A stretch of DNA of 64,000 nucleotides from a virus: IMG/VR virus record IMGVR_UViG_3300007735_000800, positions 32,001 to 96,000 of that record; one strand, 5' to 3'. Both the position numbers and the translations under genes were made by a program. Below, piece by piece: positions 48,498-56,511 of the stretch. Numbering within the stretch: the first letter of the stretch is position 1; every line of letters begins with the position of its first letter. The notes beneath the pieces are model-generated. The model did no database searches. It had not been told where the DNA came from and saw only the letters and a program-made list of their open reading frames with translations.

Positions 48498-48728
48498 ATG
48501 GACGAAAACGAAGACTTATCAGAGGAAGACATTTTAAAGGCCAGCGAAGCTTATTTAATGTTCGTCCATAGATTTAGTGAATATGTAAAAGAAATGGACC
48601 CAAAGCTCTGGGAAAGAGCCAGAGAATATGCAGCTGATTTTACAAAAATACCAGGTGTAAAGATTGAACTTGTAGATGAGGATATTAATGATGACACAGA
48701 CGGAAACCACAAAAACGGATCAGACTAA
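48498..48728 (+). CDS. Small acidic hypothetical protein
   Basis: 76-aa ORF between primase and thyX. Confidence 0.55.
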   Translation: MDENEDLSEEDILKASEAYLMFVHRFSEYVKEMDPKLWERAREYAADFTKIPGVKIELVDEDINDDTDGNHKNGSD

Positions 48729-49422
48729 TAAAGTTTTAGTTTTGGATCACGGCCACGTTGATTTGATTGATTGGATGGGTTCAGATCTTAGTGTGGTCAA
48801 TGCAGCCAGAGTTTCTTTCAATAAGGAAAGTTCCTGGGATTATGCAGATAGCCATGTTCCAATCAAGTCTTTGCCAGAAAAAGATGCTAAACTAATAAAG
48901 TATCTTGCAAAGCATGATCACTTTACTCCATTTTGTCACCCTCAGATTAGTATAAGGGTCAAGTGTCCAATTTTTGTTCGTGCTCAACTAGGCAAACACC
49001 AGATTGGTCTTGTTATGAATGAGGTTAGCCGGCGCTATGTAACATTTGAACCTGAAATTTATACTCCTCTCTGGCGGAATGCACCAACTGACGGAGCCAA
49101 GCAGGGAAGCAGTGGTGCAATCGAAGATATGGATACTTGCATTCGTATGCGGCAGGAGTATGATGCCGTTGCAAAAGAATGTCTGGATCTTTATAGTAAA
49201 CTTATTCAAGATGGTGTTGCACCCGAACAAGCAAGATCCATTCTTCCCCAAGGAACTTATACGGAATTTGTGTGGACTGGTTCTCTCTACGCATTTGCCC
49301 GCATTTATAACCTGAGAATCGATGCTCACGCACAATGGGAAATTCAGCAATATGCAAAAGCAATTGACAAATTAATTGCTCCCCTTTTCCCAGTTTCGTG
49401 GCAAACTCTAACAACTAAATAA
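48676..49422 (+). CDS. thyX: FAD-dependent thymidylate synthase
   Basis: VVNAARVSF, HFTPF, PIFVRAQLGKHQ, NEVSRRY, PEQARSILP and HAQWEI motifs; true start may be a few codons downstream. Confidence 0.93.
   Translation: MRILMMTQTETTKTDQTNKVLVLDHGHVDLIDWMGSDLSVVNAARVSFNKESSWDYADSHVPIKSLPEKDAKLIKYLAKHDHFTPFCHPQISIRVKCPIFVRAQLGKHQIGLVMNEVSRRYVTFEPEIYTPLWRNAPTDGAKQGSSGAIEDMDTCIRMRQEYDAVAKECLDLYSKLIQDGVAPEQARSILPQGTYTEFVWTGSLYAFARIYNLRIDAHAQWEIQQYAKAIDKLIAPLFPVSWQTLTTK
49414..49421 (+). promoter_or_regulatory. Late promoter variant (ACTAAATA) upstream of the RNR gene
   Basis: Followed by an AGGAG SD. Confidence 0.45.
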
Positions 49423-49447
49423 AGACACCACTACAGGAGTCTCAAAT

Positions 49448-51337
49448 ATGGCAGAAATTTTATCACCGTTTCAATCGTTTATTTTCATCTCACGCTACTC
49501 CAGATGGCTTCCCGATTACAATCGCAGAGAAAGTTGGGAGGAGTGCGTAGAGCGTTGGTGGAATTACTTTACGAACAAGGTCCCTCAACTTGCAGAACGC
49601 CCTGATGTAAAGGATGCAATTCTGAATCTTGAGGTTCTTCCATCTATGCGTAGTCTGATGACTGCTGGACCAGCATTAGACCACGACAATACTTGTTTGT
49701 ACAACTGCTCTTATTTGCCAATTGATTCTCTTGAATCATTTGCTGAGTTGTTTGTCGTTCTCATGAATGGAACTGGCGTTGGTTATTCTGTTGAGCGTCA
49801 ATACACAGACAAACTCCCAACAGTTTCAAGCAAGATTGAGAAGCACTTCAACGTGACTTACGTTGTTGAAGATTCAAAGGAAGGCTGGGGCAATGCAGTC
49901 AAGTTCTTGATGGATCATCTATATGCAGGTCGCCACATCAAGTGGGACTTGAGCAAGATTCGTCCTGCTGGTGCAAGACTCAAGACATTTGGTGGTCGTG
50001 CCAGTGGCCCAGCACCACTTGACAATTTGTTTAAATTCCTTGTCAAGGTTTTCTACAACGCACAAGGACGCAAGTTGACTGCTCTTGAATGCCATGATAT
50101 TTGCTGCGCCATTGCCAATGCTGTGATCGTTGGTGGTGTTCGTCGTTCTGCCATGATTTCTCTCAGCGATTTGTCTGATCGTGAGATGGCTCACTGCAAG
50201 AGTGGTGCATGGTGGGAGCAGGCTGGTTTCCGCTCATACGCAAACAACTCTGCGGTATATCGTGGTCGCCCACCGATGGGTCAGTTCCTTGAGGAGTGGA
50301 CATCACTGTACAACAGTCACAGCGGTGAGCGTGGAATGATTAACCGCAGAGCCTTGCAGGAACAAGCAGCCAAGTGGGGCCGCGACGAAAACTGTGAATA
50401 TGGAACAAACCCGTGCTCAGAGATTATTCTCAAGCCATTTGAGTTCTGCAATCTTTCAACTGTTGTCGTTCGTCCCGATGATACTGCAGCAACTTTGAAG
50501 AAGAAGATTGAGATTGCCACGATCATAGGAACTGTTCAATCTACTTTCACGAACTTCCCATATCTTCGTCCAGAGTGGAAGAAGAATTGTGAAGATGAAA
50601 GATTGCTCGGTGTAAGCATGACAGGGATTTATGACAACAAACTTACCAGTGGTCTTGAAGGTAAGCCAAAGTTGATCCGTCTACTTGAAACCCTTCGTGA
50701 TCATGCAACAGCAACAAATCTCAAGTGGGCAGAGAAGCTTGGTATCAACCCAAGCAAGTCAATCACTTGCGTCAAGCCAGAGGGAACAACTTCTTGCTTG
50801 GTGGATTCTGCATCAGGGCTACACCCAAGATATGCGGATTATTATTATCGTAGAATTCGCATCGACAAGAAGGATCCAATCTACAATCTCATGAAGGATC
50901 AAGGCGTTCCTTGTGAAAATGATGTTATCAACCCAGGAAACACAGCGGTCTTCACCTTTGCGATGAAGGCCCCCAAGGGAACAATCACCACGGAAGATCT
51001 CCGTGCATTGGATCATTTGGATCTGTGGAAGACATATCAGGAACACTATTGCCACCACAAGCCATCTATTACCGTGAACTACAGGGACTCTGAGTTCCTT
51101 GAGGTCGGCCAGTGGCTGTGGGAAAACTTTGATGTGGCAACAGGAATTTCGTTCCTTCCTGGTGGTGATAGCCATACATATGCTCAGGCTCCATTTGAGC
51201 AAATTGATTCTGCTACATATTCGGCACATCCAAAGGTTAAGGTTAACTTCAAGGATCTGTCTAAATATGAAGCAGAAGACAATACTGAGGCAGCAAAGGA
51301 ATATGCGTGCAGCGCTGGCGGTTGTCAGATAGTCTGA
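49448..51337 (+). CDS. nrdJ: Class II (adenosylcobalamin-dependent) ribonucleotide reductase, monomeric RTPR type
   Basis: LPSMR, NC, GTGVG, GG.RRSA, TNPCSEI, FCNL and TCVKPEGT motifs; no adjacent nrdB. Confidence 0.88.
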   Translation: MAEILSPFQSFIFISRYSRWLPDYNRRESWEECVERWWNYFTNKVPQLAERPDVKDAILNLEVLPSMRSLMTAGPALDHDNTCLYNCSYLPIDSLESFAELFVVLMNGTGVGYSVERQYTDKLPTVSSKIEKHFNVTYVVEDSKEGWGNAVKFLMDHLYAGRHIKWDLSKIRPAGARLKTFGGRASGPAPLDNLFKFLVKVFYNAQGRKLTALECHDICCAIANAVIVGGVRRSAMISLSDLSDREMAHCKSGAWWEQAGFRSYANNSAVYRGRPPMGQFLEEWTSLYNSHSGERGMINRRALQEQAAKWGRDENCEYGTNPCSEIILKPFEFCNLSTVVVRPDDTAATLKKKIEIATIIGTVQSTFTNFPYLRPEWKKNCEDERLLGVSMTGIYDNKLTSGLEGKPKLIRLLETLRDHATATNLKWAEKLGINPSKSITCVKPEGTTSCLVDSASGLHPRYADYYYRRIRIDKKDPIYNLMKDQGVPCENDVINPGNTAVFTFAMKAPKGTITTEDLRALDHLDLWKTYQEHYCHHKPSITVNYRDSEFLEVGQWLWENFDVATGISFLPGGDSHTYAQAPFEQIDSATYSAHPKVKVNFKDLSKYEAEDNTEAAKEYACSAGGCQIV

Positions 51338-51344
51338 TCCTCAA

Positions 51345-51418
51345 TCCTCGGTAGCTCAGCTGGTAGAAGCGGGAAGCTGTTAACTTCCATGTCGCTGGTT
51401 CGATCCCAGCCCGAGGAG
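51345..51418 (+). tRNA. trnN: tRNA-Asn (GTT), CCA end not encoded
   Basis: Acceptor stem TCCTCGG/CCGAGGA; anticodon stem GGAAG/CTTCC with GTT at 51379-51381; T arm GCTGG-TTCGATC-CCAGC. Confidence 0.93.
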
Positions 51419-51421
51419 CAT

Positions 51422-51453
51422 AAAAAAATCCTTCCCTTGCGGGAAGGATTTTT
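51422..51453. terminator. Rho-independent terminator, probably bidirectional
   Basis: AAAAATCCTTCCC-TTGC-GGGAAGGATTTTT. Confidence 0.88.
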
Positions 51454-51461
51454 CATAAATA
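51454..51461 (+). promoter_or_regulatory. Late promoter (CATAAATA) preceding the hairpin element
   Basis: Ends 5 nt before the first base of the long helix. Confidence 0.65.
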
Positions 51462-51466
51462 TTTTT

Positions 51467-51556
51467 GTCAGCGGCGGTGGGATATTTCCACGCATTCCTT
51501 TTGGGCCAGTCTAAGTATAAACCCATCGTAATGCTAAGGAACCACCGCTGCTGGCC
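51467..51556 (+). ncRNA. Putative novel rod-like ncRNA (about 90 nt)
   Basis: 14-bp closing helix GUCAGCGGCGGUGG/CCACCGCUGCUGGC with two G-U pairs; inner helices UUCC/GGAA, GCAUU/AAUGC and UGGG/CCCA; no ORF; GC-rich in an AT-rich genome. Confidence 0.6.
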
Positions 51557-51560
51557 AAGG

Positions 51561-51568
51561 TATAAATA
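51561..51568 (+). promoter_or_regulatory. T4-type late promoter (TATAAATA)
   Basis: Exact match upstream of the RuvC-like gene. Confidence 0.7.
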
Positions 51569-51571
51569 TAT

Positions 51572-52132
51572 ATGTTCTTTATGCTCGTAGGGATTGACTA
51601 TTCTATAACCAGCCCAGCCATCTGCCTTTTTGATGAAAAGCGGGAATTCTGCTTTCAAAATTGCTCATTCTATTTTTTGACCAATACTAAAAAATTTGCA
51701 ACAAAAATTGCGCCAAATATTAATGGTGAAGGTTTTGAAGAATATGCCCACGATACAGAAAGATTTGACACAATTTCTGAGTGGGCAACAAATTTATGTG
51801 TTGGTGCTGCTGATGTTGCTATAGAAGGTTATTCATATGGATCTCATGGGAGAATTTTTAATTTAGCTGAAAATTGTGGTATACTCAAGTATAAGCTCCA
51901 TAAGCTCGCCGTTCCAGTAACCGTCGTGGAGCCATCCAGAGTGAAGAAACTCGCCACAGGTAAAGGAAACGCTGATAAACAGGCAATGTACGAAGCCTTC
52001 CTAAAAGAGACAAAGACCGATTTGATTTCGGTCTTTGAGCAAAAATCTTTGACTAACCCAGTTACTGATATTATCGACAGTTATTATATTCTTAAGTATC
52101 TGTTTCAGACAAGAAATAATCAGAATAGTTAA
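51572..52132 (+). CDS. RuvC-like (RNase H fold) nuclease / Holliday junction resolvase
   Basis: VGIDYSITSP, AIEGYS, KK.ATGKGNA.K and DI.DSYY motifs; start may be 51581. Confidence 0.8.
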   Translation: MFFMLVGIDYSITSPAICLFDEKREFCFQNCSFYFLTNTKKFATKIAPNINGEGFEEYAHDTERFDTISEWATNLCVGAADVAIEGYSYGSHGRIFNLAENCGILKYKLHKLAVPVTVVEPSRVKKLATGKGNADKQAMYEAFLKETKTDLISVFEQKSLTNPVTDIIDSYYILKYLFQTRNNQNS

Positions 52133-52388
52133 AAGTTTTAAATTCGTATAATGGTTTAAAATCGGGTGTTGGAGTTAATACCACATTTACAGTTTTAATA
52201 TCATCCAAAATTAAATAATTTCCCTCAAATCCAAAAGATTCAGCCAAGGGTATTATTGGTATATCTGAGGTTTGAACTAGAAGATTTGAATCTGGACTTT
52301 CAAGTACGTGTCCAAGAATATTCCCTTCATGGAGAATATTATATACAGTGCAATTTTTCATTATAATCTTTTGAAGTTCGTAGCTCAT
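52092..52388 (-). CDS. Hypothetical protein
   Basis: 98-aa ORF in the reverse operon. Confidence 0.5.
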   Translation of the reverse strand: MSYELQKIIMKNCTVYNILHEGNILGHVLESPDSNLLVQTSDIPIIPLAESFGFEGNYLILDDIKTVNVVLTPTPDFKPLYEFKTFNYSDYFLSETDT

Positions 52389-52396
52389 AAAATTAT

Positions 52397-52699
52397 TTAG
52401 TGTCTTTCAAATCGACCTGCATTGAAAGTTCTGGATTGTTCTAATCTATCCTGCATGCTCTGAGGAGCTACCTTTTTTACTCTATTGATAACATCATTCC
52501 ATGCATTGCCATATACCTTTAATGGGGTGAGTGTGGTATCGTAGGCAACGCTATTAGCCTGTTCCGACCAATCCTTCACTACCTTTTTCTTTTTGCAACT
52601 TGGGCATGGTTCCCCTATGGGTTTACTGTTTTCCGCCATCTTCAAAAATAATTCAAATTTATGATCGCAAGCTTCGCATTTAAATGAATAGTTAGGCAT
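52397..52699 (-). CDS. FmdB-family zinc-ribbon protein
   Basis: MP.Y.F.CEAC.H.FE and CPSC motifs. Confidence 0.8.
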   Translation of the reverse strand: MPNYSFKCEACDHKFELFLKMAENSKPIGEPCPSCKKKKVVKDWSEQANSVAYDTTLTPLKVYGNAWNDVINRVKKVAPQSMQDRLEQSRTFNAGRFERH

Positions 52700-53189
52700 T
52701 TTTGTCTTTCTTGAATGTTATTAGCATATCATCAAATAAGAATCCATAAGAAGGTTCTTTTGGTTTTGATTTTAGTTCCATTTTAGCTTCTTTTGGGGTT
52801 CTGTTTCCCTTAAACAAATTGCAATCTTTGCAGGCTGCTACCATGTTTGTCCATGTAGACCCACCACCTTTCGACCTGGGTATCATATGGTCAACTGTGG
52901 CGGTTTTATCGCAAAGATCAATACCACAATACTGACATGCATATTTATCACGTTTAAATATGTTTTTTCGTGAGGGAGCCACTTTTTTAAATGGCAATTT
53001 TACATAATACTTCAAAATCAATACTTTAGGTATTTTAATAATTTTTGATACGGATACAACTTCGTAATATTCCCCTATGGAATCATCAGCCCACACTTTA
53101 TCTTTTGTAAGTAATTTAAAAGCCTTTGAAATCGTAATGATATTCAGGGGTGTACTGTCTTGATTCAACAGGAGAACCTGTTTCTTCAT
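52692..53189 (-). CDS. HNH endonuclease (McrA/HNH_5-like)
   Basis: VLLLNQD start; RDKYACQYCG, TVDHMIPRSKGG..W.N...AC..CN..KG; likely ATG at 53189. Confidence 0.88.
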   Translation of the reverse strand: MKKQVLLLNQDSTPLNIITISKAFKLLTKDKVWADDSIGEYYEVVSVSKIIKIPKVLILKYYVKLPFKKVAPSRKNIFKRDKYACQYCGIDLCDKTATVDHMIPRSKGGGSTWTNMVAACKDCNLFKGNRTPKEAKMELKSKPKEPSYGFLFDDMLITFKKDKNA

Positions 53190-53199
53190 ACTTCTTAAG

Positions 53200-53219
53200 T
53201 ATTTATGTAAATCTAAATA
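53200..53219. promoter_or_regulatory. Back-to-back late promoters (CATAAATA on minus, TCTAAATA on plus)
   Basis: TATTTATG at 53200-53207 and TCTAAATA at 53212-53219, in a 40-nt divergent gap. Confidence 0.6.
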
Positions 53220-53229
53220 TTTTACAGCC

Positions 53230-53916
53230 ATGGATAACAAGAATAATAGACAATTTTTTTGGGAAGTCAAGCAATTTTTTAATAAACCTCAGTTGAACGA
53301 GTCTGCTACTCCAAAACCGGATTTACTCAATACAGTAAAAAGTATAATGAGTTCCGACAGAGGGATAGACGGTGGAACTGAATTTAAAGTGCGAGAAGGA
53401 ATTATAAATTCTGGAAGAGATTTGAAACAAAAAACTGCTGATCTTTTAGACAGCTACAGTCATAAAAAATATACACAGACACCTTTGTCTTCAGGAAAAG
53501 GTCAAAACAGAACCGGTAATTTGTTTAACATAAATGAACAAAATATAGATGTAAAAAAACCAAAAGTAACTACTGAAAAAATTCTTGGGTTGGCTGCACA
53601 AAAACAAGATAATGAAGCCATGAATTATAGTTTCAATGCAACAGCTCCCGGAATGCAAAAGGTAAATTTTCCACAAAATCAAAAATATGCTGTTCAAGGA
53701 ACAAATAGAAAAAGTGGAATAAAGTCTGATGTTTATTCTATGGCCAAGGAAAGATTAGCTCTTCAAAAAATGTATAGCAAAATTGCAACTCCTAGACAAA
53801 TAAAAACAACAGGTAACGAAGGAAATGTTGGAGTCAATGTAACTTCCAAGTTGAGCAGTCAAGCTCCAGTAAATAAAACTGATCCGAGCCAATTAAACGC
53901 ACAAGAACTATTATAA
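53230..53916 (+). CDS. Hypothetical basic protein, putative internal head protein
   Basis: QLNE and INEQ (L/I-x-E) motifs; behind a late promoter. Confidence 0.5.
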   Translation: MDNKNNRQFFWEVKQFFNKPQLNESATPKPDLLNTVKSIMSSDRGIDGGTEFKVREGIINSGRDLKQKTADLLDSYSHKKYTQTPLSSGKGQNRTGNLFNINEQNIDVKKPKVTTEKILGLAAQKQDNEAMNYSFNATAPGMQKVNFPQNQKYAVQGTNRKSGIKSDVYSMAKERLALQKMYSKIATPRQIKTTGNEGNVGVNVTSKLSSQAPVNKTDPSQLNAQELL

Positions 53917-54917
53917 TGATTCCTCCAGTATTACATAAAATACTACATGAAAAATATGTTCAAACGAAGTTTGGTACACTTCGTGATGAAGATGACCAAT
54001 TAAAAGGTTGGCAAAGAGGTGAATATGGATCATTTGTATATCCAGGGCAATTAAGTAGAGGTGGGGATTTTGGGCAGTTTCCTCCAGAATCTGGCTTACC
54101 ACCAACAGAACCGCCCCAAACACCTCCTGGAGGAGGACCGGAGGGACCACGAGGTGGAAAACCAAAACAACCTTCAGGAGATCGCCCTCCAAGTAGAGCT
54201 TCTGAAATGGGAAGAAGATTTAGAGGAGCTCCAGAAAAACCTTCTTATGGTGGTATCCCATCAAGAGAAGGTGTGAGATTATCACCATACTTCTTTGATG
54301 ATATGGGGGGAGAAAACGTAAAATATTTTCAAGATTTGGTAAATAAATATAATCCACCCCCACCACCACAACCACCAAAATCAAAATTTTCTATTTCTCC
54401 TGAAGTAACAGGACTAGGAAAATTTGCAACTTCCATGGCAGCAGGAAGTGCAGCAGGGTATTATCCTGCAAAATGGACACAAGAATTAACACAACCTTAT
54501 CTGGGTGATATAGGCTCTTATTATGCAGGAACAGTGGCTGGAACTGCGGCTGGAATTCCAGCAGCAGAGATTGCGGTTACTGGAATCCCAGCGCTAATGG
54601 CAGGTGAAGGTATTGGTGGGGCAGCTTCATTGACAGCAGCTGCAGCCGGAAGCCAATTATTAAATCCTCTTACTTGGGTAACTGCCTTAGGTTTGGCAAC
54701 CATTTATCCAGCAGAAATTATAAAAGCAGAACAGCAGGCTAAAGTGTTGGAAAGAATAGAAAAAGAAGAAAGACTTAGAGAAAATAAAAGAAAAACCAAT
54801 GAAATATTGGGAATTAAAGAAGAAGATGATAATTGGTGGGAAGAATTTAAATATGATTTTAAAAGAGCAATGGCAGTTGGTGGGGCAGATGCAATAATGT
54901 CAGGAGGAAGAATGTAA
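53916..54917 (+). CDS. Hypothetical Pro-rich protein with a long Gly/Ala hydrophobic segment
   Basis: ILHE near the N-terminus; about 90-aa Gly/Ala-rich hydrophobic stretch; charged C-terminus. Confidence 0.55.
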   Translation: MIPPVLHKILHEKYVQTKFGTLRDEDDQLKGWQRGEYGSFVYPGQLSRGGDFGQFPPESGLPPTEPPQTPPGGGPEGPRGGKPKQPSGDRPPSRASEMGRRFRGAPEKPSYGGIPSREGVRLSPYFFDDMGGENVKYFQDLVNKYNPPPPPQPPKSKFSISPEVTGLGKFATSMAAGSAAGYYPAKWTQELTQPYLGDIGSYYAGTVAGTAAGIPAAEIAVTGIPALMAGEGIGGAASLTAAAAGSQLLNPLTWVTALGLATIYPAEIIKAEQQAKVLERIEKEERLRENKRKTNEILGIKEEDDNWWEEFKYDFKRAMAVGGADAIMSGGRM

Positions 54918-55834
54918 TGAAAAAATTAAAACCAGTTCTACAAAATATATTATTTAAAAGATATGTAAATTCATTGTTAAATGAACAATCTATTGCACCT
55001 CCACCAATCAGACTTCCATCGGCTGGATATGCACCATGGAAATTACCTACCCCGAATGCAATTAGACCTACTTTTGAATTACCAGTTACGCCAACAGAAG
55101 TTTCTCCTGGCACAACTACAATTTTTGCAAATCCCAATGTGCCTCCAGGCTCAGGCGCAGAACAAACTAAGAAAAAGTTAAGCTTTGATGATGCTCAAAC
55201 CGTAATAAAAAATGAAATAGAATCAGGATTGTCAAAAACAAAAAATCAAAAAGAACTAGTAGATTATGTTTTTGATAAACAAACAGAACTTTTATCAGAT
55301 TCTGAATATGGAGATCAATTGTCAATCTATGCCGGAAATGAAATAAAAAATAGATTGGGATTGGCTAAAACAGAAACACTACCAACACCGATTGAACCAA
55401 AACCTTTTAAATTTCCAACACAAAATCCGAAAGAAGTAATAAAACCGTCACCATTAACTACGACCCCTTCCACCGCCCCTGTTGAAGAACCAGAATTTAA
55501 TTATTCTCCAAAAGAAAAATCTGTGACACCCACTCTGAGTGCATTGTTTCCTTCCATGGTTCCCATTAGGTATTCTAAATTAAGAGCCTCACCAGATGAA
55601 GAATTGGAACTTCAAACAAAGTCTGAGTTTAAAGGACCAGAAAAATTTAAAACAGCAGTTGGTAGTGACGAATTAGAAATACGTCGAAAAGATGGAATGG
55701 GAACATTTCCCGGTATGGAACCATCTGAACAAGATGAAATAGAGCCATACGAAGGTTCTATGTATGATGTTGATGCAGATTTGTTATTAAAGAACATTTT
55801 AGGAAAATATTCTGGAACTTATAGAATTGAGTGA
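54917..55834 (+). CDS. Hypothetical Pro/Thr-rich protein
   Basis: LLNEQ near the N-terminus; coupled to the upstream gene. Confidence 0.5.
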   Translation: MKKLKPVLQNILFKRYVNSLLNEQSIAPPPIRLPSAGYAPWKLPTPNAIRPTFELPVTPTEVSPGTTTIFANPNVPPGSGAEQTKKKLSFDDAQTVIKNEIESGLSKTKNQKELVDYVFDKQTELLSDSEYGDQLSIYAGNEIKNRLGLAKTETLPTPIEPKPFKFPTQNPKEVIKPSPLTTTPSTAPVEEPEFNYSPKEKSVTPTLSALFPSMVPIRYSKLRASPDEELELQTKSEFKGPEKFKTAVGSDELEIRRKDGMGTFPGMEPSEQDEIEPYEGSMYDVDADLLLKNILGKYSGTYRIE

Positions 55835-55840
55835 TATAAT
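55813..55840 (+). promoter_or_regulatory. Possible sigma70-type promoter (TGGAAC-N16-TATAAT)
   Basis: Perfect -10, weak -35; the ATG only 2 nt downstream makes the geometry odd. Confidence 0.4.
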
Positions 55841-55842
55841 AA

Positions 55843-56511
55843 ATGGAAGTGTGTGAATTTAAAAAATTTAATCATCTTGTAAATCCAATAAAATGTGAAT
55901 TAAAGGAAGTTACAAAAAACGGAAAACGTTTTTATGCAACTCCGGTTGGAGAATTCCCAAGCGTAACTACAGTTGTTGGTTTTAAGAAACAGCAATTTTT
56001 TGCTGAATGGAGACAAAAAAATCCAGAAGAAAGCAAAAGAGTAACGACTAGAGGAACAAAATTTCATAAAATAATAGAACAGTATTTGAATAATGAAGTC
56101 TTGGATCTAGATTCTATAGGATCTGGAAACAAGGCTTTGTTCCTTTTATTGAAACCAGAGCTCGACAAGATAGATAACATCATAGCACTTGAAACTCCCC
56201 TGTGGTCAAAAACAATAGGTCTTGCGGGTAGAACAGACTGTATAGCAGAATATGATGGCAAGCTTTCAATAATAGATTTTAAAGCCAGCACAAAAGAAAA
56301 AAGAAAAAGCGATATTGAAAATTATTTTCTCCAGGCATGTGCATATGCTTTGATGTATCAAGAACAAACTGGGCAGATAATAGACAATTTTTCCATCTTA
56401 ATAGCATGTGAAGATGGTTTACGCCAAGTATTTGAAGACAAACCAATAAAATACGTAAGAGAACTAAAAAATATAATAACAGAATATAAGGAACGGTATG
56501 GAAATTCGTGA
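55843..56511 (+). CDS. PD-(D/E)XK exonuclease (Cas4-like T4-type exonuclease)
   Basis: FPSVTTV, RGTKFH..IE.YL, LAGRTDCIAEYDG...IIDFK and YFLQ..AY motifs. Confidence 0.9.
   Translation: MEVCEFKKFNHLVNPIKCELKEVTKNGKRFYATPVGEFPSVTTVVGFKKQQFFAEWRQKNPEESKRVTTRGTKFHKIIEQYLNNEVLDLDSIGSGNKALFLLLKPELDKIDNIIALETPLWSKTIGLAGRTDCIAEYDGKLSIIDFKASTKEKRKSDIENYFLQACAYALMYQEQTGQIIDNFSILIACEDGLRQVFEDKPIKYVRELKNIITEYKERYGNS

Noticed and set aside
1084-51337. Inteins or group I introns in terminase, polymerase, helicase or RNR
   Set aside because: These ORFs are of normal length and continuous, without intein C1/HN motifs or splits.
51467-51556. SRP RNA, tmRNA or second tRNA as the identity of the hairpin
   Set aside because: It lacks the SRP domain IV motifs, a T-arm TTCG loop, a CCA end and a tag ORF. 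Kept as an unassigned ncRNA candidate.
55843-56511. Cas4 of a CRISPR-Cas system
   Set aside because: No other cas genes or array, and no four-Cys Fe-S cluster pattern. It matches the stand-alone exonuclease common in T4-like phages.
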